Assembly (NCBI GenBank): GCA_050084985.1
Contig: JBITNC010000001.1
Coordinates: 125,984,001-126,048,000, forward strand
DNA: 64,000 bases
Source of the DNA: Nageia nagi
Taxonomy: Eukaryota; Plantae; Pinophyta
Direction: 5' to 3'
Shown here: one piece after another, positions 12,133-25,080 of the stretch
Layout: every line of letters starts with the position of its first letter
Numbering within the stretch: position 1 is the first letter of the stretch
Made by a program: the position numbers and the translations under genes
Notes under the pieces: model-generated
The model's input: the letters and a program-made list of their open reading frames with translations, nothing else
Database searches by the model: none
What the model was told of the DNA's origin: nothing

Positions 12133-12673
12133 TCTGGAGCCCTCGACATTTAAAGGATGTATAAGGTGGAGAAAAATTTAAAATTTTTCTTTTAAGTCAA
12201 GTGAAATTCATTATCTTTCATACTTTTCCCAAGTCAAGTTTTCTCCAAAATCGCCGAATTGACCAGGTGGAGGTACAAAGCATCTCGGTCGAAGGATGAT
12301 CAATATTTCCTTAGAACGTAGCGTATAGTGCAAGTCATGATCCAATAGATTGTCAAGTTTTCTGTAAAATCGCGGAATTGACCGGGTAGACGTAGAAACA
12401 TGCTAACAGGTCTCGACATTTGAAAGATGTGTGAAGTTAGAAAAAAATTTAATATTTTTATTTAGTCAACTGAAATTCATTGGTTTTCATACTTTTCGGA
12501 AGTCCAGTCTTTTCTAAATCACCGGATTGACCGGGTAGAGGTAGAAAGCATGGCGGTCCAAGGATGATCAATGTTTGCGTAGAACGTGGCGTATAGTGCA
12601 AGTCGAGCAACATTCATACGTTGGAAAGGATAGTCAATGATCCAATAGATTGTCGAGTTGCAGGGATAGTCAA
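12133..12673 (-). promoter_or_regulatory. RLP1 promoter: tandemly duplicated ~190-bp module with 8 W-boxes (TTGACY)
   Basis: TTGACC at 12259, 12378, 12527; AGTCAA at 12195, 12232, 12464, 12632, 12668. Units 12142-12336 and 12413-12604 are diverged copies. Confidence 0.7.
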
Positions 12674-15600
12674 TGATGCCATGAGATCTTCAAGAAAGCA
12701 CAAGAATTTTTTGACTCTAAGAATAAATTAGTCAAATGAGAAATAAAGTTAAACTTTTTATTTAATTTGTCTAAGGTCTTTTATTTTAAATTTAGAATCC
12801 TTGTGAAGAAGGTGTGTTATGTTCCCTCATGTTTTGCTATGAATACCTTATGTTATGATAAAACATGTTTCATTATTGTTTGTGTTAAATGAAATAAGAG
12901 AACTTCAAACTATAGTAGTTAACATAAAGGACTCTGTTAATCCAATAGGGGAAGGATGTCATAGCCCAACTCCCTATTGTAGATTCCCTTGCTAGATTTA
13001 GGACTATGTGGTATTTGTTTAGTATGAAATAAGAGGACATTGTGATGTCTTATTTCACTTATAGTATTTTTATGAAATTGATTTGAAAATGATCTTATAA
13101 AAATATGATATTATCTATCCTTCTTCATACAAGATATTGTTGAGGTGTACATATTGTGTTGTGTAGATGACAAGTAAAAAGACGAGATGCTCATAGGTAC
13201 AAAGATGATAACATAGGATGGATCTAGGATCCAAAACAAAGATCTAATATGACCACTACTAAATTGCTTCCAATTAGTAAGAAACATATAGTTACATGGG
13301 GCGATGATAATTGAGAGTCCCCCTAGGATGTGTGTTGAATGTTTATTCTTGTTAGTTATCTATTATAAAGATTCTGCCAAGGACTCCTTTAAGAGAACAT
13401 TAGTAGGGGTAGGTGATTTATTGAATTTTCAGTACATTTAGATATTAATTTCATTAATTAAAGATTAATTCAATTAATAAGATTATGTGATTCTAGATTA
13501 ATTTAATTAATGTGATTAATTAAATTAGCAAATTTATAAAAATAATACTTAATACTTAAAATTAATAATGATAATAATAATAATATATAATAAATTAAAA
13601 TAAAGTAATAAAATAAAAATAATTATGGATAAGGTTAAGGAAAAGATAAGTTTGACACATGATCGGATAGGCTTAAGTGACAACTAAGAATTAGATGTCA
13701 TAAAACAAAATATTCTTATTTTATTAAAAATTAATATTTAGAAAAATTATAAATATAGCCTTAGAGTTCACATTTTGAAAGGAATTGCTAGTAAGAAGTG
13801 AAGCTCTACAAAAATTGTAAGTTAAGACAAGAGCTAGGGTTTTCAAGGCTTTGGATAGTCTTAGGCAAATCACTTGAAGATGCAAGGTTATGCTGTTGAA
13901 TTGGAAGGTTAACCATTTTGCTTTGCGAATGATTTTTTTTTAGCATTCAAGGGTTTTGGAGTCTTTTCAAGAATTTGATCAATTTGATAGCATTTATAAG
14001 GTTGGTCCATCTTAATTTCTTGGTTAGGTTATATAGAAATGATATTATATTTTTTTCTCTATAAGGATGAAAGAAAAATAATAGTTTCCAATTAGAAAGT
14101 AAAGAAAATATTACTTTAAATGTGGTATTTTTAGAAAATATTATGATTTAGGACTTATTATGCTTTGAATTGGTTTATTTTTCTTTGATCTAGTTATTTT
14201 GGTTTGATCCATTACAAATTCAAATATTGATTTGATTCTTTATTTAGAGCTAAGAATTTGGTCTTGTATGAAATTCATCATATTTTGCAATGAAAGTTTT
14301 CAAAAACTCATCATTAGTATATTGGAAATAACTTTGATATATGAACTCAAATTCATTTGAAATTTGGAGGATAATTCATGGACATGTATATGAACAAAAC
14401 TTAGAAATATTTTTCTAATTAAATATAAGAGAAAAATATATATGCATTCTAATAAGGAAAGCTTTTAAGGACTACATTTTTGATCTATTAGATTATAGAT
14501 ATTAAGTTTAATTTATTAATTAATAGGATGCATATAGAAAAGAATACATTTACTTTAGTATAAAGGAAGAATTCCTAGTTAAGAATTAGTATAGAGATGA
14601 AGATTTTCTTAAAAGATTAAAGAGATTTGGATAACTAAAAAGGAAGATTCTAAGAAACATAAATTATGTTAAAGGAAATCTATTTTTTTATCAATGCTAA
14701 AAGAAATTAGGAAGGAAATGAATTTATGTGGAATCAAGTTTGGATTTATATTCTTTTTGAAAAATTAAATCTAGTTTTGAGTATGTAACCTAGGAGATTC
14801 TTGGTAGATTTTTATGTGAGAACATCTTTTCTTACGTATTGCAAAAGTAATTGCATTAGAAAAAGAAATTTGTTCTGATCCAAGTACACCCTTGAGCTAC
14901 CATGTTCAACAAAGGTGGCTTCGTGCTTGTAAGCCATCCTTGCTTATTCAATTGATTGTGGATATTACTTTATATTTCAAAAAAGATATTTGTATCGAGA
15001 TTTTGGAAATATATTAATGTAATAAAAAGATGGTTTGTATGCTCTTGTATTACTATACATTAGTATACAATGAGAAAATGATGATGTATTATCTATATAT
15101 ACAATGTGTAAGACATAGCCATGTATGGAATACCCTTATGACATATGGATGGTATGTTAATCATATTATAGGTGCAATGATGATGTGATAAATATGTTGG
15201 TGTGATGTTCATATTTCATTGTAAGATGGCAATGTGATGGACTATGATAACATTTATGATGTTCTTATAACATTAATGTAGAACATTAATTCATATTCAA
15301 GATGAATTTAATATGATAATTTTATGTTTAATTGTAAATGAATACTCTTGACTTTGCTAGATAAGAATTGTTGTAAAATTATATTCTCTTTTAGGATTGA
15401 ATGTTAGGATGATGTTAAGAAGTAATATCAAAGGAATTTATATTCCATGATGTTATGATGGATAAGGTGCTTTCAATAATTATATTTCCATGTTGTTAGA
15501 TTATTTTTGTAGAAATATTATTGGTTGAGTAGGAGTAATAATGTTTCTAATGAAATGAGTCATGAATGTCTTATGGTATACTTCTATAGTTGTGAGAAGA

Positions 15601-16277
15601 TATAACCTAGTTGAAGTCCAAATATACCTAAGTAAGAGTTACTATACTTGGAAAAGCTATAATGAAACTAGGTGTGAGACTTAGTAATTATTACCTAGTA
15701 TGTTGACATAATTCTAAGAATTGAATATGAAACCTAGTTACAACCTTAGGTAAGATTTGAGCATTATATTACGAAATTAAAGAATTATCAAATATAATAA
15801 TTCAAGAAGTTCTTTATACAAATGAATTCAAGATGAGAAAAATGATTATTAGAAAAGATAACTAAGAAATTCTCAAGATTGGTCATGAAGGATCTTGAAG
15901 TACTTAAATTACTGATCTTGATGATGGATTTGATCTTTATAAGTTGAAATACCATAAGCAAGATAGAATATTTTAAGATAAGTTAACTAAGTGATAAGGC
16001 TATTATTTTCAAAGATGAACATTCTAGATAGGCCATTTAGGATATTTAATAATAAGGCTAAATATTGAAAGGTAAATGGTGTTATCATCTAATAATGAGA
16101 TCATAAGTCAAGAATGATGGCATTTGAAACTATTAAATGATCTTAATCTCATAGTTCATAAGTAGCTTTTAAACTTTCATAATTGAATATCCATGTATAT
16201 TTGTATATTGGCTAAAATAATTATGGTCATTACATAAGGGTTTTTTTGGAATTAGAGTTAGTTCAAAGGCTTTGATA
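12674..16277 (+). repeat. 5' LTR of the Gypsy-like element (~3.6 kb)
   Basis: Colinear with 28222-30458 except for an extra ~1.36 kb (about 14586-15949); followed directly by the PBS. Confidence 0.8.
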
Positions 16278-19200
16278 TTTGGTATCAAAGCATAGGTTTG
16301 TAGGTTCACATAAGCAATCCTAAAGTTTAACCAAGAACTTTTGTTCATGGGAAACTGATGGCATCTCGATAATTCTAGGGTAACTCATAATAATAAACTT
16401 TGGAAGAACATTCCATGAGAATAAAAATCTTAATAGATATGAATAAGAGAAGTATGAAAATCAAACATAGTCTTGCTAGGGAAAGGAAGAAACCTAAAGT
16501 AATTAAGTTATTTGGACATGGTGATGGTAAGGAATACAAGAAGGTATGTGGTACCCTCAAGAAGTTATAAATGTTTGAGAAGAATAAAATTATTGGTAAA
16601 ATATAAAAACATACCTTATGATGAACATTTAAGGTAAAGCATAAGGTTTTTTAACTAAGGTTAAATGATAAGATATGGTATTCCTCTAAGGAGATGGCCA
16701 CTTAAGAATAGAAAAAACTTCAATAAGTTGGTATGAAAGAATAGTGCTCTTAATTGTACTAGTTCTAAGAGAAGTTTTCAAAAAAAAAAATTCATACCTA
16801 TTGCCAAATATACTTGATCAAACAAAATTGTAAGCATAAATAGGCTATGAAAATAGATCTTTTAAATATATTGGTTAAGAGATATATCTAGTGATGAATA
16901 ACCTTGAGAAGGTTATAAGATAGGTTAAGATTGTTTTTTATTAAATAAGAAATGAAGAAATATAAATAATAACTTTGTATGATTTTTTTTAAAAAAAAGT
17001 GTTGAAATTTTAATAATATCTTGATTATTCTTGTGAAGAATAAAGAAACATCAAGAAATCAAGTAACTCAACCATGATGATTCATTGGGAAAGGTAACCT
17101 TATGGATTCAAAAACCAAAAAAATATTTTTTTCCACTTTCAAGATGCTATAGTTCAAGAAGGAGACAATATATCAAAATCAATGGAGTTTTGCATCTAGA
17201 ATAAGAGATTTCCATCATGTTGGTAGAAAAAGAATAACAAATTCAAGTAAGATCCAAAAAGAGATACCTTCCTCGTAAATAACAAAGAAGAAATTGATTT
17301 TTTAAAAGGAATATATATTTGAAAAAAATAGTTTTTCAAGCAAGAGCTGTAGTGAGCCATCATATCCATGGTAATGAAGTCATATTTGATGAATACCTCC
17401 TAGGATAGAATGAAGATTATCATTTTGAATCAGATAATAAGTCAAAAATTCAAGAGATAATAGAGTACAAGTATAGTTTGTTGCTACCTATTGAAGTAAA
17501 TTCAATACAATGAACTCCACTAAGCATTGAGGAATTGAACCTTTGCATAATTATTGAAAGGTTGAATGCAAATGATGCTAACATAAACATTGAATATTTT
17601 AAGAACATTGAAAGGATTCAATATGTATTAGATATCCCTTGAAAGGAATGATGTAAGGATTCATAAAAGTAGGATATGAATAAATAAGTATTTTGTAAAG
17701 GAAATAAATGATTTTATACTCAATGCTCAAGTAAAGAGAAGGATGCAAAAAAGTGAAGATCCAATCTTGTGTAGAAGACTCAGATCATTATAATTGTATT
17801 AAGAATAATTATTTATCAAGAATGGTTATGGTATATAAGAAAAACCTTCAAATGAGGTAAATAAATAATTCAAATTTGAATTTTGGAAAAGTATAAAGAA
17901 CATATCTCTTTATCTTTGAATAAAGTAAAAACAAATTCAAATATGGAAAGGTGATATACAAGATCTTTTAGTAAGCTAAAGACTTGAACCTACTCCAAGG
18001 TAGTTTCCCTTAGTTATAGAAAGTGATAGTTTAAACCATTCAATGTTTATTGTAATATTAAAACATATCAAAAGTTTGAAAGTTATTAGTGAAAGGCTGA
18101 TCCAACACCAAGGAAAGAACAAATTAGAAATTTCAAAACATTCAACACTAGCTCAATTATGTTAAGTCACAATTGATATGAAGAATAAACTTTTAAGAAA
18201 GAAATTTGTATTCATAGATTCATTATGATTCAGTTCAGTATGATTCAAAAATAGTAATAAAATTAGAGAGGCTTAATAATGGTGAAAGTGATAAACCAAT
18301 GAATATGATCAAGAATTGCAAAAAAGAAAATTCTACTAATGGAATTTATAAAAAAAAATATGGTGATACAATTGAAGCTTGGGTGAAAGAACTTAATATC
18401 TATTTTGAGACCAGAAAACTATAACACCTATCAAAAAGATAGGTGGGTTGTTATGCTACTTGAGTAGTAAACACTAAAATGGTGGAAGAACCTCATGAAA
18501 GATAGAAAAATAAAGACTAAGTATGTTTAAATAAGTTCATTAATGAAACACTTGATGAATTTTATAAATTAAGTAAATAAGTAGGTTAGTTAAAGAATAT
18601 CATAGGTAGTTAATGAAAGTAATGAGGTATAGGATCTCAAAAGTTCCAATTAAGAAAGTCCATTAGTTTATCAAAATACCTTAAAGATAAAGAATTATTG
18701 CTACTACACAATTCTTTGGGAATCCATCCACCAATGTATATGTTAAGAAAAAAATATTTTCCATCAAAGGAATCTAGTTAAAGACTTGAAGACAATAATG
18801 AAAAGTAAAACAAGGAAAGAGAAGAAAGAAAATGATAAGGATGTTAAAGAATTACAATATAAACTAAAAAACTCTTAACTTACAAGATCACATGAAATCT
18901 CATAATTCACATCTAACAAACTCACAAAGTAATCTCACAAAGATAACATAAGATGTAAGTGATTCCTCTAACTAGGAGTACATCCACTAACTAGATCTCT
19001 CTTGATCTCAAATATGAACTCTTACAATTCTCCTAATCTTATCTCCTAAACACTATCCTATAGCATAACTTTTCTCATCAAATTGGTGTGTAATCTCAAA
19101 GAAAATGCATTCTATTTATAAGATAAAATCCCTCTTTGAATTACCCTTTTACTCAATGTACTCCCTTTTACCCAAGGGGCATGCTCATGACATGGAGTGT

Positions 19201-20059
19201 AGGGAAAGTTACATTATCATATTCACTTAAATACTTAAGGTATGAATGATACTCTTAAGTATTAGTGAATTTACAAAGAAGATTAATGTAAACCTTTACA
19301 ATAATATGTTATACATACCAACACTCCCCTTTAATGTAATATTGGGATAGAATGAATAAAAGAGAAAGTAAGAGAGTTCTCCTCAAATAGATACAAGAAA
19401 GATGAGAACTTTTAACATATTTATAAAGTAAGAAAGATCTAATTTGAGACTCACTACTTTTATATAATATAATCATTAACTATAACTAATTTCAATATAC
19501 ATGAAGTAGTCGACCAATTGAAAGTTATGAAGAGTCTCCAAAAGTCTGCATACCTGAAGTAAGTAACCTGCAAGTTATAAGAGTTCAAATAATAAGATCA
19601 ATTAGATACAACATATTTATATAAACTAAGATAAATGAATTATATAAATACCATCATGAACTGATCAATGGTATACAATAAGTTATCACAAAGATGCTAG
19701 GCCAAAAAACTCAGTCATTTACTGTATATAAAACATGTGTTGATTATTATAACAAAAATAGAGTATGCACATACAAGTTTTTCATATATGGATAATTGAA
19801 TAGTGTTAAAAGACACAAGAGTTCCTCAAACATGGATAACTAAATAGTACTAAATTGCCCAATCTTTTTGCTTTAAAAAAATTTATACAATAAGTTCCTC
19901 ATGTAGAATGAATTTACCATGAAGGTGTATAGTAAAATCCATACTATACAACATAAAATCCTCCTAAAAGTGAAGTTGTTATCACAAATATGAATTCAAC
20001 ACAATAATTCAAACTTCACTTTCCCTTAAAGCCAACTTTACTAATCTAATAACATACCT

Positions 20060-23000
20060 AAGCTTATATAATTGAGCTTTTGAGAGGGGCTTGGTAAATA
20101 AATTAGTGAAGTTTAAGGTGGATAGATAATATTTCGAGTGTATGATACCATCAAGAACTTTCTTCTTGATGAAATGTACCTAGATTTCCATATGTTTTAT
20201 TTTTTGATGGAATATAGGATTCTTAGCCAAAGAAATAATAGACTAATTATCTTAAGAAGTTAAAGATGAGTGAATTTGCTCATACCTAATTTCATTCAAA
20301 AGATACCTTAGTTAAATAGCTTCTTGCTTGCAACAAACATGGTATTGTATTCAACTTCTATGGTAAAAAGAGAAATAGTAGATTGCTTCTTGAAAGCCTA
20401 AGAGATAACATATCAACCAATGTTAAATACATATGTAGAGGTTGTTTCCTATCATATTTATCTCCATAGTCAGAATTTCAGAATCTAGAGATAATAATTG
20501 AGGGTAATTTAAAATACTTGAAAGTAAGATCCTTAGTCCTTACAACATTCTTTAAGATTTGCTTAATAGCATTAAGGTGCTCAACATATGGTTTTTGCAT
20601 TAATAGTGCTATCAAATTCACTGTAAAGTTAATATCAAGCCTAGAAATAGTCAAATATAAAAAAATACTAATTAATTACCTATAAGCTGTAGCATTAACT
20701 AATTGAGAGTTGGAGCTCAGATAAATAATGATTCCAAGAGAGACTAAGATCATAGCATATCTACATTTTTTCATTCCAAACTTCTATAAGATGTTTGATA
20801 TATTCTTAGATTGACTAAGATAAGTATAATCTTTGTATTGGTACACTTATATTCCAAGATAATAGTGTAAAAGATCAATATCAATTATTTCAAATATTAA
20901 TTTAAGTTTGGATATGCATTTTTGAATGATTTTTTTATTATTTTTAATTATCAAAAGATCATCCACATAAAAGAGAATCAATACATCTCTTTTTTAAGTG
21001 AGCATATATAAATTAGAGTCTAGAAAGTACTTTAAGAAATCAATATCTATAAAATATCTTGATATCTTTTTATACTAGGCTCTAAGTGCTTTTTTCAATC
21101 CATATAATGACTTCTTTAGATTGCACACAAAGGACTCTTTACCTTTCATAATGAACCCTTCTAGTTGATTTATAAAAATTTTATATCTAAGTCACCATTG
21201 AAGAATGCACTCTTGATGTCAAGTTGAAATAATTTTCATCATTGAGCTACAAAAAGAGTAAAATTAAATCTCATAATAGGCATCTTTGCTATGGGAGCAA
21301 AGGTTTTCTTGTAATTTACATCGTATTTCTAAGTAAAACCTTTAACTACTAACCTTACCTTGTATTTCTTAATATCTTTGATTGAGTTGAATTTGACCTT
21401 ATAGATCCACTTATTACCAATCACATTCTTCTCATTGATATAAGAAACCAAATTCTATATTTTATTTTTCATAAATGCCTCATACTCCACTTTCATAGCT
21501 TCCATCCAACACTCATGCTTAGAAGCTTCTTTGAAGGTTAAGGGTCATGCTTTTTGTTAATCTTATAAACTAAGGATTTGCTTAAGGTCATGCTCCTTGT
21601 TACTATTTTTGTTGAAAAATTTTGATCCTAAGGTGACTTGTTTACTTCAATATCTAACCAATTAGATGCAATTGAAGAGTCCTTTAGATTATCTACATCC
21701 TTATTAAAAGTAGATTATTCAAGAAGTTCATTAAATTTTACATCCTTTGAAATGAATACTTCTTTATAGGATAGAGAGTAGAGCTTGTAGCTTCTATGCT
21801 AACTTTTATAACCTGTAAAGATGCAGTTTTTAATCTTTTTATCTAACTTCTTCCTTTTTTTATAAATAATGTAGAAGAATGTTTCATAACCAAACATCTT
21901 AAGGTATGAAATGTTAGGTTTTCTTTTTGATCATATCTCAAAAGGAGTTTTACCCTAAATAACTTTTGTAGAACACCTATTCAAAGTGTAAATAGCAATG
22001 GTTACTACTTTACTCTATAAAAAATAAAAAAAATTACCCAACATGCATCTAGCCATTTCTATAATTATTCTTTTTTTTTTGTAACAGCATTCTACTAAAG
22101 AGTGTAAGAAATCATAAACTATCTCTTCATTCCATACTTAGCACAATAGTCATTGAACTCATTACTATTATATTTTTTCTCTATTATCTGATCTTAGCAT
22201 CTTGATTTTAAGGTTAGTTTGATTCTCAATAAAGGTATTAAAATTTTTAAAACTCTTAAAGGTTTGATCCTTATGCTCAAGTAGATACCTAAAGGTCATC
22301 CTACTAAAGTCAGCAATGAAGGTCAAGACATAAGATGCTTCTCTAAATGATTCAATCTGAAATGAATCCATCAAATCTAAATGCATAAGTTGAATAAGTT
22401 GAGATGCTTTTATTTTCTTATCTTTTTCAAACTTTTTTCTATGCATCTTACCAAGAATGCACCTCTCGTATAGACCAATTTAAGAAGAAAAAAATAAACT
22501 TTCCATAAGTTCTTGATCTTTTGTGACTTGAATACTCTTATGGTTAAGGTACCCTAAATGTTGGTGTTAAATATTACCTTTAGAACATATATTTATACAA
22601 GACATATCTTTTATTAGAATTTGATCCATAATGTAGAGATCATCTTTGATTGATCCTTTAACCAACATAGCAAGTATTTTCTTAATGCACTAAGATTAAA
22701 AGTTGAACTCAAAAGATTACTCTTTTATAACAATTTAGATTATGAATAAAAGGTTCATCTTAAGCTTAAGAACATAAAGCATATTATCAAGAATCTTCTC
22801 ATGAATCAACACACTCCTAATTCTTTAAACTTCAAAGGTAGAGTTATTACCTATCATAATTGCATCTTTTCTATACTTATAAAAGTTTGCAAATTTTTTA
22901 TTTTCAAAGCATAAGTGATTAGTGCAACTAGTGTTATCAATCCAATCAAATAAAAAAATGCAAGACATGGAGTAGAGCATCATAGCAAAATTAGTTTGAA

Positions 23001-23900
23001 TATTCTTCTTTTCTTTAAAGTTCTTTACATTTGCATTACATTTGTTCTTTTTCTCTCTTTTTTTTGTAGCAATCAACTTCTTTATGATCTTAGATGCCAT
23101 AATAATTACAATTACCATCAAACTTTTTTTTATGATATGGATTGTTTACTTTGCTTTTCCATCTCTTTGCTTGAAGTGGTTCTTATCGTTGTTCTTACTA
23201 TTATTGTTGTTATTTTTGTTGTTGTTGTTGTTATCATTATTTCTACTATTATTGTTACCATTAACTATTTTTTTAAATCTTTTAGAGGAATAAGGATAAA
23301 ATTCTTTTTTATGGTTGAACTTTTTCTTAAAAAGAGTTTTGATTTCTCCAAGAGAAACATTATTATCCTTATGAAAAGAAATCAACATCTTTTTGTTAAG
23401 GATTTTCTCATGATTCAAAAAGAACTTAGAAAAGTTCTCAAGGGAAAAGACTTTTTTTTATCAAACCTTATTTCCATAACCATCATAAAGTTTTTAAACT
23501 TTGAAGAAAGGTTTTGAAGAATGATAAAGACCATAAACTCATCATTGATCCAATTGCACCTACAAACAACAAGTTAGATCCTTGGGTTAATAATTTTATT
23601 CAAGTAAAAAGCTATATTTTCATCTTTTTTTTGATAAGATTGAAGTAATTTTTGAAAAATGGTAAACTTTTTAAAAACTATGAACCAAGGTAGATTTATT
23701 TAATCTTATATTAAGCTTATTTTACTAAGGTTGAAGAGGAAATTATCAAGAGCATATCATCTAAAACTATATAGAAGATCATAGAGGTTGCTAATTCATT
23801 ATTCATATTGTAAACCTCTACTACCTTCTGATCTATATGAGGTATAAGTTTCTTATTCACTATTTTCCAAAGCTTCTTTGCCTACAACTTAGTTCTCATT
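20060..23900 (-). pseudogene. Copia gag-pol pseudogene (gag, protease, integrase, RT, RNase H)
   Basis: Protease-like DWIDNTSCTNH (ORF 22825-23121); integrase LQLMHLDL-like core ...KIKMLRSDN (ORF 22168-22446); RT QLDIKSAF (~21205-21225) and YVDD (~20960); RNase H IKHMEI*VHF (~20175-20200). Many stops and frameshifts. Confidence 0.9.
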
Positions 23901-24939
23901 TAAAGTTCTTAAATGCTAATGTTGGAATTATCAAGAATGTGTTTGGATAAAAAAGAGTCTTTCATTTGCTACATAAGAGTATGAAATATATAATAAGCAT
24001 ATGCTTCAATAAATAATATTATATGTTTATTTTTAACCAAGTAAATACTACATGTTGTATTTAATAAACTAAGACATGTTTGATTTGATTCATAAGTGCA
24101 AATATTTTACAACTCATATAATAATCCATATACCCAAATACATTTTTTATCTCAAGAACTATAGATGTAGAGTGACATTATTGAAGCTTATTTTTTATTT
24201 AAAATTAGGCTTTCACTTAAATGCCTACACAAGAGGAGCCCAAGTACTACTAATTCTCAACTAATTCATTTTGATCAGTATTATACTCTTACAAGGAGAA
24301 GTACTTATTATTTTTCAAAGTTATGACATATATTGGATCGATTAAATTATTAAGCTTGATTAGGTTTCAAGTTTTCCTCTTAGATTAATAGGATAATCAC
24401 TAAATGGACATGTGGACATGTGGTATCACTACATATATGTCTATCCACCTATTGAAGTTATGTCTAGACCAATAAAGCACTTAGAAAAAATTAAGAAGTA
24501 CAAACTTTTCATCATTTGGATCGTCATACTTAAAGGTCTAATCTATCTATCTTCACCCCATGGCTTTCCAAATAAGTTATGTTGTGAAATATACTTGCAT
24601 ATTTATTCATTTTAAGTGATTGTTCATATCAATATTTGCATTTTCATTTGCATAAGCAAATAAATCAAAATATGAAACATATGTAAAACATCATCTATTC
24701 AAAATTTGAAATCTAAGTGTCCAATGGATTTTATTTATCAACCCTTAAAAGACATCTTTACATAGATCCATAATTGTCACAAGTTAACTTTGCAAAAAAA
24801 TGATAAATACTTAAGCATAAGCATGTATTAATTCCATGATTTGCATAAGTTAACATGCATTAAGGATAAATACTCAACATTCATATTTTTAACTTAAGGA
24901 TTTTAAATCATAAGTAAACATCTTAAAAAATTTAAATTC

Positions 24940-25080
24940 TAAGCATGCATTATTAAATTAAAATTTTAAGTCCTAAGCATGCAACTTAAAAATTTAAGTC
25001 CTTAGCATGCAACATAAATTTAAAAATTGAAGTCCTAATCATGCAACTTAAAAATATAAGTCCTTAGCATGTAACATTAA
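24940..25080. repeat. Short tandem repeat (~26-35 bp unit, core aagtcctaagcatgcaac) in the Copia 5' leader
   Basis: About 5 successive copies of the core. Confidence 0.75.

Noticed and set aside
22996-23517. Hydrophobic plus-strand ORFs resembling membrane proteins
   Set aside because: Antisense to the Asn/Lys-rich Copia gag remnant.
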